From Eledone cirrhosa (Eukaryota), in the NCBI GenBank assembly GCA_964016885.1, contig OZ024764.1, positions 27,404,001 through 27,468,000 on the forward strand: a stretch of DNA of 64,000 nt, written 5' to 3'. Below the pieces are notes generated by a model. The model made no database searches. It was not told where the DNA came from and saw only the letters and a program-made list of their open reading frames with translations. The first letter of the stretch is position 1. Every line of letters starts with the position of its first letter. Both the position numbers and the translations under genes were made by a program. Positions 50,408 to 62,299 of the stretch are shown piece by piece.

Positions 50408-51167
50408 ATGCAAATAGACTTAGAATGGAAAACATTCAGACAGAGAAGAATGGATAATGAGCGTCGTAAGAGAAATTGGCCAACAATTAATATTAATGGA
50501 AATGTAGAAGAATTTCATATTAGTGATATGAATGTTTCGTGTGATCACTGTGGAGCTTTGAAATTTAGAAATGAAAATTGTAACTGTTGTAATAAAGGAA
50601 AGGTAGTGTTGCCACCATTGCAAATATACCCTGAGAGACTGAGAAATCTCTTTGAAAGAGGCCAGGAAGCAGTTGATTTCACAGAAACATCTGCAATTAA
50701 AACTACATTTATTTCACTTCATTTGGTGTTACCACCCGGCAGAGGCCCGTATAGATTTCATATTCAGGGTCAAACATATCAATACACACCCATCTCTGTA
50801 ACCTGCAGAAAATACACCACAATATGGCCAGTTATATATTATTGATGGGAACGAAGGTGTGTAGCACAGATTGGAAGTACAACCAAATAATTGTTTCTGG
50901 CACAAGGCCAGCAATTACTGGTACTTTATTCTATCGACCTCATAAGGATGAAAACAAAGTCAACCTTAGAGGGATTTGAACCCAGAACGTAAAGGGCCAT
51001 AACCCTATGCTGCAAAGCATGGTGTCTGACGCTCTACCGATACTGCCAATCCACTGCCCTAGTCCCAACAAATAATGACTGCTCACCACAAAAAATGGCT
51101 ATGATAAGAGAGGTGTTGCATGAATATAATCCATATGTCGAAGTGTACAATACAATGCATGGCATCA
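50408..51167 (+). pseudogene. Helitron RepHel copy E, 5' half (continues at 53764)
   Basis: ORF 50408..50845 motifs; breaks after GGCATCA exactly as copy A does. Confidence 0.9.
50892..51060 (-). mobile_element. SINE in Helitron copy E
   Basis: Same insertion and TSD as 6845-7013. Confidence 0.85.
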
Positions 51168-51696
51168 CAAATGAATATATATATATATACTACTAAAGTG
51201 TATGTAAAATTTTAAAATAAATACTTAAATTCAATTTGTATAATTACACATACAATATGTTTTGTTGTAAAACCCTAAATAATGATTTAAGAAATGATGT
51301 CAATCTCTTTGTACAGAGAAAAACAATTTATATATATGCATCGTGTGCGCGTGTATACTCCATTTAAGACAGCGAAAAACCTAGTACCTCCTTCAAAGAA
51401 TGCCAAATAGTTTATGCCTAAGGTGTAACACTAATTAAGTTACTGGTATAGATATTTCAGTTGAACCCTGCTTCAAACATGCATATTATTATTATATATT
51501 TTCAAACACACTTACATACATTATATTTATACACATAGAAATGTTAAAACTAAAGTATAATGATATAACAACAGTATATAATAGTTTTCTTCACTTTATT
51601 GAGATGCAATCGTTTTAAAGAAAAAACATGACAGTATAAGAAATATTTAATATGATAACATAATATTTCAGGTAGGATGGTGGTTTCTCTTTGAAC

Positions 51697-51869
51697 TAAT
51701 AATTGTTTCTACTTTAGGCACAAGGCCAGCAATTAACCAGTACATTACTGGTACTTTATTTTATCGACCCCGTAAGGATGAAAGGCAAAGTTAACCTCGG
51801 ATCGTAAAGGGACGTAACTATGCTGGAAAGCATGGCGTCAGACCCTCTACCGATACTGCCAATTCACCA
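51697..51869 (-). mobile_element. tRNA-derived SINE, same family
   Basis: CTGGTACTTTATTTTATCGACCCC..CTACCGATACTGCCAATTCACC. Confidence 0.8.
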
Positions 51870-52074
51870 TACAGTATAATTATACAAATATGCATATAGA
51901 TAGCAATATATATACACTAATATGTATGTACATATTTATACATATATACATATATATAGGGAGAGAGAGAGACACATGTATGTATATATATATACACATG
52001 CGTGTATGTATGTGTTTATGTACATTCTTCGGTATATATATATGAGTCACGGTTTATTACACATTGGAGACACA

Positions 52075-53404
52075 GAGAGAAAGAGTTGAAACGAGAGGTG
52101 AGAGAGTTGAAACAAGAGAGGAGAGAGTTGAAACGAGAAAAGAGAGAGAGAGTTGAAACGAAAGGAGAGAGAGAGAGAGTTGTAACGAGAGGAGAGAGAG
52201 AGAGAGAGTTGAAACGAGAGGAGAGAGAGTTGAAACGAGGAGAGAGTTGAAACAAGAGGGTGAGGGGAGAGAGGGGAGAGAGTGATGAAACGAGTCGGAG
52301 ATAGAGTGTGAAAGAGAGAGAGAGAGGAAGAGAGAGAGAGAGAGGAAGAGAGAGAGAGAGGAAGAGAGAGAGAGAAAGAGAGAGAGAGAGGAAGAGAGAG
52401 AGAGGAAGAGGGAGAGGGGGGATGAAACAAGAGGGTGAGGGATGAAACAAGAGAGAGAGGGGAGAGAAAGAGAGAGGGGAGAGAAAGAGAGAGGGGAGAG
52501 AAAGAGAGAGAGAGAGAGAGAACGAATTGAAACAAGAGAGAGATGAAACAAGTGAGGGATTAGAGTGTTGAAACAAGAGAGAGAGGAAGAGAGAGAGAGA
52601 GCAAGATGGAACGAGAGAGAGAGAGCGAGATGAAATGAGAGCGAGATGAAACGAGAGAGAGAGAGAGTGAGATGAAATGAGAGAGAGATAGAGCGAGATG
52701 AAACGAGAGAGAGAGAGAGAGAGAGAGAGCGAGATGAAATGAGACAGAGAGAGCGTGATGAAACGAGAGAGAGAGAGAGCGAGATGAAATGAGAGAGTGA
52801 GTGCGAGATGAAATGAGAGAGAGTGAGAGCGACATGAAATGAGAGAGAGAGAGCGAGATGAAACGAGAGAGAGAGAGAGCGAGATGAAATGAGAGAGAGT
52901 CAGAGCGAGATGAAATGAGAGAGTGAGAGCGAGATGAAATGAGAGAGAGAGAGCGAGATGAAATGAGAGAGAGTGAGAGCGAGATGAAATGAGAGAGAGA
53001 GAGCGAGATGAAATGAGAGAGAGAGGAAACGAGACTAGAGAGCGAGATGAAACAGGAGAGAGAGAGCGAGATGAAACAGGAGAGAGAGAGCGAGATGAAA
53101 CAGGAGAGAGAGAGCGAGATGAAACGAGAGGGAGAGAGAGATGAAATGAAAGAGCGAGAGAGAGATAGAGGGAGATGAAACGACAGAGAGAGAGACAGAT
53201 GAAACGAGAGAGAGAAATAGAGATGAAACGAGAGAGAGTGATGAAACGAGAGAGAGGAAGAGAGAGATGGAACGAGAGAGAGGAAGAGAGAGATGGAACG
53301 AGAGAGAGGAAGACAGAGATGAAATGAGAGAGAGGAAGACAGAGATGAAACGAGAGAGAGAGAGAGCGAGATGAAACGAGAGAGAGAGAGCGCGAGATGA
53401 AACT
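52075..53404 (+). repeat. Single GA-rich satellite block
   Basis: (GA)n with GTTGAAAC variants first, then GAGATGAAAC monomers. Confidence 0.95.
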
Positions 53405-53747
53405 CTGTCATGTAATGTTATGGACATATCTGCCCCTGGGGCTAATAATTGTCATGTAATGTTATGGTCATCTCTGCCCCTGTGGTTAATAATTCTGTCA
53501 TGTAATGTTATGGTCATGTCTGCACCTGTGGCTAATAAATCTGTCATGTAATGTTATGGTCATCTCTGCCCCTGTGGCTAATAATTCTGTCATGTAATGT
53601 TATGGACATCTCTGCCCCTGTGGCTAATAATTCTGACATGTAATGTTATGGACATCTCTGCCCCGGTGGCTAATAATTCTGACATGTAATGTTATGGACA
53701 TCTCTGCCCCTGTGGCTAATAATTCTGACATGTAATGTTATGGACAT
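53405..53747 (+). repeat. 46-bp satellite, ~7.5 copies
   Basis: Same unit as 8421-9008. Confidence 0.95.
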
Positions 53748-53763
53748 TGCTATCTTGTTTCAT

Positions 53764-55305
53764 CTCAAACAGCAAAGTGCAAGAAGAGAAAATTGTCGTG
53801 TACAGAACTGTGAATTAAGATTTAGAAGAGGATCAGATATGAGCTGCTCTAATTTACCAACTAGTAATGATAGCTGTTGTTTTGTGGGGGATTGAGGGCA
53901 CACCACCTGTACAAAGAGATATTATCATCTTTCCTAAAGACCATCCTCCTCAGAAAATACCACATAATGCATGCCACTTGGACCTCATGACCGACCGATA
54001 ATGGTGAATTTTGGTGGCATAGTGCCATGGAGAGGAATGTAGGACCTGTGTTTGCAATAGACTGACAATGCAGGAGTATTACATATACTGTATAGCATAT
54101 AGAGGAGGATTTAGTGCGATATATAGGGCAGGTAAATTATTTTAGCAGTATTTAGTGGATGCCTATATGAAAGTAGAGGGATGCAGGCTTCAATATTTGA
54201 GGAACAATCAAGCCCAATTGTGAGTGGATGAGTATAATGGTTTAATGAATTATCTAAACAGATGATAACACTGAGCCTTAAAAAATGAAGACAAGATAAG
54301 AAACAGAGAAGACATTGACAGAATCGTGTCAGCAGAAATACCTGCATTGGAAGATGATCCAGTACTACATGAGCAGGTTTAAAAGTTTATGATCCACAGG
54401 CCATGTGGTTCTGGAAACCCTTTTCCCCCATTTATACAAAATGGATTTTTCAAAAAGAACTATCCAAAAACCTACAGAAGGGAAACATTATTGAACCTAA
54501 ATGGATACCCAGAGTACAGGAGGTGCAAGACAGGAACTGCAGTGTAAATTGGATGACATTCAGTAGATAACAGGAATGTTATGCCATTTAATGCCTTTTT
54601 GCTTAAGAAATATTGTGCACATATTAATGTTGAAGTTTGCGCTTCTGTAAAAAGTGTCAAGTACCTCTTTAAATATGTTACATGGGGCATGATTGTACAT
54701 CTATAGAAGTAACGAATAATGCATTACCTAATGAGGCTCAGAACCAACACAACCATGATGAAATAAGAACCTATCTTTGTTGCAGGTATGTGTCTCAGCC
54801 AGAAGCAGTGTTGTGTCTCTCAGAATTTAAGCTTCATGGTACATCACATACAGTATACAGCCTAGCCACACACCTGGAGAACAAACAGAGTTTACTTTCA
54901 AAGAGGCAATGCTTACACCTTCTGGGATGCCGCCTCACAAACTCCAATTAAAAGCAGGATCAATAATAATGCTTCTATGGAATATTTCAATCCAGAACAG
55001 ATTATTTTATTGGCACAAGATTAGAAGTAGTGGAACTGCATAAACATTTTATCGAAGCTTCTCATATCTATGGTCCTTTGATGGGCAGGTGTGTTTTGAT
55101 CCGAAGACTGAAGTTAGTTCCCAGTGGTGCCAACATCCCTTTTACTTTGGAAAGACCCCAGTTTCCATTAAGACTGTCATATGCCATGACAATCAACAAG
55201 AACCATGGTCAAATACATGATAAAGTGGGTCTGTTCCTCCCTGAGCAAGTATTTAACCCTGGACAATTGTATGTTGCTTTTTCAAGAGTTCACAGACAGG
55301 TGTAA
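53764..55305 (+). pseudogene. Helitron RepHel copy E, 3' half (Rep remnant plus helicase C-terminus)
   Basis: Resumes at TCAAACAGCAAAG; KYLFKYV, QFPLRLSYAMTINK, GQLYVAFSRV. Confidence 0.93.
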
Positions 55306-57080
55306 AAATTAATCCTACCAAACCCCCACCATTCCTACAACTGTTAGCTGTTAGACCACCCCCAGCACCACCCAACCTCCGTTCTAGTCCCACCGTTAGA
55401 ACCAATGCTGCTTACCCTGCCTCTTTTACTAGTTCACTCCTTCGCTCGAATTTCAAAGCTGGCCCTCTACACTTGGTCGTGCTCTCTGTGTCCGCACTAG
55501 CCGGTACCTAAACACAATAAAATGTCACCTGTGCTACCAAAACTACCACCGGAACTCTGTCGGCATCAGCAAGGCTCAAGCCGAAAGGCTTCAATACTAG
55601 ACCTGTAATCAGGGCCACTTTACCTCCGACGACCAGCTTTCTACCGATTGTGTGTTGATGGAGGGGACATGAGACCAGCAAAGTCCTAGGAGTAGAGACT
55701 AGTAAATAATAAACGGTCCTAGCTATGTTAAGAAGACAAGAGAAATAAATATTTACCTCTTTCATGTAGGTAATATAGCGGTGTTATAAAAGTAATTATA
55801 CGACCGGTGTAACAGTCGGTATAAATGAAAGATGTAGAAATGAAAGTTGCAACAATGACATGAATAAATATACAGTAATTTAATATGAGCAAGAATAAAT
55901 ATTTAATGGAATTAATTAAGTGTAATTTAATAAGAAATAAGAAATAAGTAAAACAGTAAAAGAAACAATAACAAACAAAATGGAGTCACATAAAATTTGG
56001 TTTATCTTTATAAAGCTTATTTTAAACGCGATTTTCCTTTTAAATCCGTAGCTCCGCTTACTAACCTTAGGGCTGTAACGTTACATGGTTCGAATCTTAC
56101 ACTCTTCTCTATAGTGCCACACGAGTTATCTCCTAGTCTTTTTATATAGTTTCACTGTTTAGTGAAAGAGGGCGCTACGAACAGTTACTTATGTAGATGG
56201 GTGGTTAGCGATTCGGCTTACAAACATTAGCATCATGACGTTACATGGGTTCGAACCCTTCCGGCGCCTCAATTTTTCAAATAGAGTTATCACCCATGGT
56301 TCTTTAGAGTTTCATTGCTTACTCGAAAGATGGCGCGGGGATCATCTTTTACGATGAGTAGTAAGAGACAATAATACATGGAAGGAGGAGAAATAGAGAG
56401 AGATAGAAAGACGAATGTGTCACACACTCAATTCTCTCACCCTCTCTTTACTTTTATTACTCTATCTACCTCTACTTTCTCACCCTCTCTTTTTTTCTAT
56501 TACACTTTCTTCCTCGTATTTCTCACCCTCTCTTTATTTCTATTACTCTATCTACCTCATATTTCTCACCTTATCTTTACTTCTTTTATTCTTTCTTCTT
56601 TGTATTTCTCACCCTCTATCTATCTCTTATTTCTCATCTCTCTTTACTTCTGACAGAGTGATAGATGTAAAGAGAAGGTGAGAAATAAGAGGTTGATAGA
56701 TTTGGCTGTTATTTTTAACATTTTCTAATCATATGAGAGAGAGAGAGAGAGTATAAGATATATAGAGAGGGGGAAATCGCCGATGTTTACGTTGAGAAAA
56801 CCTTATAAAATGTTATAAATGGGTTTATAAAGAACAGAATGAGATAAACAAGACAAAGACAGATAAAATAAAATCAGCGATTTATTTATAATATTTTAAT
56901 ATATTTTTCCTGGTCGTCTGCTTCCATTGATAGAGAGAGGAGTGGTGGGAGGTAGCCATAACAACCGTGGTAGCAACACTGTGGTTTTTAAAGAAGTGAA
57001 TACAAGAAAAACTAAACAAGCAACAAATTTAATTTACTAAAATTAGTTTAAACATCTAAATCTTAAGAATATTAAATCTC

Positions 57081-57296
57081 TTACCCCTTTAGCATTCACA
57101 TTACTCTATATATACTATTGTATTTTCACAGTAACGGCTTTATCTCACATAATATCGAATCTATGAGATTTCGATATTATTTATTTTCAGAACAATACTT
57201 TAACATCAGTATGAGTGGTTAATTAGGGCTGGTTTGAACAGAAAGAGGTGAGAGAATTCTGGCCGGTTACAGCTGGTTTTAATGCTAAGGGGTTAA
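57081..57296. mobile_element. piggyBac-like MITE, copy 2
   Basis: Paralog of 32588-32803. Confidence 0.65.
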
Positions 57297-57302
57297 GCCC
57301 TT

Positions 57303-59478
57303 CAAGATGTGTATGACGAGAAAGAAGCCGTTTTAGAATCGTATGACATAGATAATAACTGGAATTTCTTATGTGACAACTTACTGCAGGCTGCTGAAGA
57401 CACTTGTGGCTGGAGCAGAGCTCCGACCAGACAGAGAGTGACCTGGTGGTGGGACAACACGGTAGATAAGGCCATTAGAGACAAAAGACTAGCATGGAAC
57501 ACTTGGATAAATGGTGGGAGTAGAGACCGATGCACAGCCGCTAAGAAAGAAGCTAGACGTCAGGTGTACTTAGCACGCAGGGAGGCTGAGAATAGGAGGG
57601 TTGCCAATGTTCTGTGACGGGAAGATCAAAGACGTGCGGTGTTCCGCATTGCAAGCCAGTGTGTCAGTGTAAATCGGGATGTTGTTGGAGATAAATGTGT
57701 CCGGAATGATGCTGGTGTACTCAGTGTCAATAATGATCAGAAAAAGGAGGCCTGGAAATGCCATTATGAGAGGCTGATGAATGTAGAGAATGAATCGGAG
57801 AGAGAGAAACTACCCACATTTGACCGAACAGAGGGACCAGCTATTGAGATTGTTGACTATAGGGTCAAAGAGGCAATTAAAGAAAGGAAAAATGGTAAGG
57901 CAGCTGGACCATCAGGGATAGTTGCTGAGATGCTGAAGGCATGAGGAGAAGTAGGTACTAAACTGGTTGCAAGCATAATCAATCAAGCTATATATGGCGG
58001 AGTCATACCCAAAGACTGGTGCAGCAGTATTCTCATAAATTGCTACAAAGGTAAAGGGGATGCTCTGGAGAGGATCAATTATAGAGGCAGAAAACTGATG
58101 GATCAGGTTATGAAAGTGGCAGAAAGGATATTAGAGCAACTAATTAGAGAAAGAGTCAAACTAGATGAGATGCAGTTTGGTTTTGTGCCTGGGAAAAGTA
58201 CAACCGATGCCCTCTTCTTAGAGAAGAATAAGCCATTATACTTAGCTTTTGTTGACCTAGAGAAAGCCTTTGATAGTGTACCCCAGTCTGTCATCTGGTG
58301 ATCCCTAAGGAAACTAGGTGTTGAGGAATGGCTTGTGAGGACAGTACAAGCTTTGTACAGAGGTACTGTCTGTAAAGTGAGGGTAGGAATGGAGTTTAGT
58401 GAGGAATTCCAGATACAAGGAGGAGTCCATCAGAGTTCGGTCCTCAGCCCGCTCTTCTTCATTATAGTCCTCCAAGCCATAACAGAGGAGTTTAAGACTA
58501 GCTGCCCATGGGAACTTCTCTATACTGACAATCTGGTTTTTATAGCAGAATCAGTAGAGGAGCTAGAGAATAAATTCTGGCTATGGAAACAGCAGTTGGA
58601 ATTAAGAGGACTGAGAGTGAACCCAGCTAAAACAAAAGTGTTGATAAGTAGAAAAAAGGACAAAACTCTGATGGCCATGTTCGATATGCAGAAAAGGAAC
58701 TGGCATACATTCTATAAAATGTACACAATGCAGATCTTGGGTACACACGAGATGTAGTGGGATAGCAGGCAAACTAACAGGTAGGGAAAACTACGTATGC
58801 AGTAGATGTACAGGGAAATTTGACAGTAGAAGTTGCATTGATAGACACATTTTTCAAATGCAAGTTGGTTCTATAAAAGTGGTTGATAGCTTCAGTACCT
58901 AGGTGATCAGATTAGTATGGGAGGGGGGGGTGTTCCGAGGCCATAGTATCTAGAATAAGGACGGGCTGGAAGAAGTTTAGGGAGCTGCCTCCTCTGGTGA
59001 CAAAGAGGGTTTCTCCCTGCATACAAAAGGTTGGTTGTTTGATGCCTGTGTGAGATGCACAATGTTGCATGGTAGTGAGACATGGGCAGCAACTGCAGAG
59101 GATATGCGAAGGCTGAAGAGAAATGAAGCAAGCATGCTCCATTGGATGTGCAATGTCAATGTGCGTGAAAGACCAAGCATGGACGAGTTGAGAGTGAAAC
59201 TCTATAAGAAGGATAAACTGCAGTGTGCGGGAGAAAAGACTGCGTTGGTATGGCCATGCGATGCGTATGCAGGATTACCGCAGGGTGAAGAAGTGCCAAG
59301 TAATCCCAGTGGGAGGAATATGCAGTAGAGGAAGACCAAGGAAGATATGGGCAGAGGTAGTGAGAGCTGACCTCAGATCGTTGAAGCTCAGAGGAGATGA
59401 TGAAGGAGAGATGCTGCGCTGAAGAGGATCTGTCCCACCCTTATAAGCAGGGAAAAGTGGATGTATAATGATGATGAT
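57303..59478 (+). mobile_element. RTE-clade LINE, degenerate, copy 2
   Basis: Same motifs, stops and flanks as 32810-34988. Confidence 0.93.
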
Positions 59479-59560
59479 ATATATATATGTCCCACCCTTG
59501 CAAACAGGGAAAAGCAGACGTAAAATGAAAATGATGATATATATATAGATAGATAGATAG

Positions 59561-59621
<61 letters not shown>

Positions 59622-59976
59622 CTTATACGTCATGGTGGCTACAGGTGCCAAGAGGAAGAAGCCGGACAATCCTCTGATATTTGTTTATCTTCCTTTCCTT
59701 CGTGGGCCGCGGTACCCGGGTTTGTGGCCGAAGCGACCAAGTTGAAATCGGCCACCGGTGGTTGATATCACCAGGTTAGGAAACCCTGGTTTAGTCGCTC
59801 CAGTTATTACTTCGTTAGACATAGTCAGTAATTGAAATTAAAGCCTAAAGGTGTACTAAAGCCACAAACGTTTTTCTATCTATGAATTATTAGTGGTGTA
59901 AACAGATGAATTAAAGTCAAAGCTAACAAATATATCACCAAGAAGAATATCTAAGGATTTCCAAAGTGTAAAGTCA

Positions 59977-60189
59977 GCTCAAGCCTGGAGACTTATCAAG
60001 CAGGTGCCTGTCCCAGTTCCTCTAGCGTAAAGGGACTGAGAGTACATGACTTCCCCCTGGACATGATGTCAGTCCATCGCAGGGTTAACCCCCCACCTAT
60101 GTGAAATTAAGTTTTTGCTCAAGTAAAACAACTAACAACACGGTCCAGGAATCGAATACACATATGATCGTAAGACCACGGGCCTCCAC
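59977..60189 (-). mobile_element. V-SINE-like element, copy 2
   Basis: Paralog of 35475-35687. Confidence 0.6.
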
Positions 60190-60730
60190 TATCGAAGGAT
60201 CTACCCTTCATTAAAGAATAAATTAGACTTATGCTTACATCGCCGACATAATTATGGTCGGAAAGGACATTACTGAAAATAAGGAATGAACAACTAAAGG
60301 AAGACAGAAACGGTCCCTCCTATCTGAAATATTAAGGAAGGAATCTACACAGGAGGGCCCATCTTCCTACCAAAAGAATTATTTTAACAAGCCTACATCC
60401 TACTGAGCCAAAGAAAGGGGCCTCATAACTAGAACATGCTTCATTTGTCCTAAATACGGAGCTGACTTTACATATAATTATATATATGTATATATATATA
60501 GTATGTGTGTGTGTGTATGAAGATGTATGACCCCTAGCAAGCCAAACTACAGTTACTCCCCAACATGGATAGCAAATTAAAACATTACCTGTTAGAGACA
60601 AACGTGAAATGATTTGTTAGTGAACTACCGGTGTAACAGTAATTATGTTACCGGTGTAACTATTTCTGTTTACCTTATTTTTAAATCACACTCCTATATT
60701 AGTTTAGTGACCTTTCAATTCAAATAAATT

Positions 60731-61016
60731 CTTGATGATGATTGAACTCGCATCGGAGTAGCCCAACGCCTTGGCCTCCGCGTGTGTGAGCCACATAAAT
60801 GCTCTCAACGACATAGTGAGAAGAAGCCTGGACGCAGCTGAATTTCCATCTCAACTGGAGTCAGCAGGCTTAGGCCGCGGAGATGGCAAGCACCCCGAGG
60901 GAATCACCCTCTTCCCATTCGAAGGAGGTAGATCCACAAACCCCAGCATCGCTGCCCGTCTCGCAGATGAACATAAAATAAACAAATTCCGGTGTTTGTC
61001 CTGGAGCCTCTTCTAA
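60731..61016 (+). pseudogene. CRE-like RLE fragment, copy 3
   Basis: Paralog of 36229-36514. Confidence 0.75.
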
Positions 61017-61272
61017 GCACCAGCCGCCGTCGAGACCCCGGGCCAACTTGGACCCATTACAGCCGAGCTCCTCCGCAACATCGCAGTGTCTGTGGCCCGT
61101 CTGAGGATGGAGTCCCACGAGGTTGGATGCCTGTTGCAGCAGGTGTCACTGTCCTTACATATATATACGTAAATGTTCCCTTGACTGCTATTTCTAGCAT
61201 ATATTAATAGACACTTTAGAAACAGCAGCTAAAAATCAAGAAACAACAGTGTGTGTCTGTATATATATACAC

Positions 61273-61320
<48 letters not shown>

Positions 61321-61405
61321 CAGCCAAAGACACGCACACACGCACATACACATACACACAGGTGTATGTCTGCGTGTATGTATATATATGTGTGTGTCTT
61401 TTCGT

Positions 61406-61448
<43 letters not shown>

Positions 61449-61468
61449 CAGTGATCCCCCTCGCAACC

Positions 61469-62060
61469 TTTAATTAAACAAACCTGCGATGAGGCGATGA
61501 TCAAAATAAACACCAAAGTGTAAACAAACAGCCCATAGGTGCTGCTGGATACACGATAACATGTGTAGACGAAGTAAAACTTTTATTACTGTAATATAAA
61601 GTAGAAACCCTTTATTTAAACAAAGCTGCGTGGCAGCGATGATCAAAACAAACTTCAAAGTGTAAACAAACCTCTCGTAGGTGCGGCCAGATACACGCTA
61701 ACATGTGTATACGAAGTGTAACAGGGAGTTGGGTCGTATTATATGACTTTCAAATTGACCCCTATTATATTCAAATTATCCCCTGTGGGGCGTGCACCCC
61801 ACGTTGAGAATCCCTCATAAATAAATATATGTGAGTGTGTTGCTATGACTGCTATTTCTAGCAGGTTTACTGCAGTCCTGTAGACGCACAACAAAAACCG
61901 GAAGTGGCAGCCATTAAAAAACTTTGGCTTAAAATCAGGCAAAAGTTTTTTAACAATTTGCCAAGAAAGATAACTCTTGTCTGACTTAATCGCAAAAATC
62001 GAGGCAAAAATTTTGCGGCTGTGCAGTTTGTTTGGTGTATTTGACTGCTATTTCTAGCAT
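61469..62060 (-). repeat. Single arm of the dispersed/fold-back repeat
   Basis: Paralog of 37003-37592. Confidence 0.85.
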
Positions 62061-62163
62061 GTATGGACGTATGTACGGTATAGGTGTATTTATATTTAGG
62101 ATAGTTATCAAAGGTAAATAGACTGGTTGGAGTAATAACAGTCTTGTTTATGTATATACACAC

Positions 62164-62195
<32 letters not shown>

Positions 62196-62299
62196 GTTTG
62201 TTCTTGTATTTCTATAGAAAAGGTAAAGAAAAGAAGAATGCTCTATGTATTGTACAGAGCTATTTAATTACATAATAAACAACAGAATATAATTATTCC

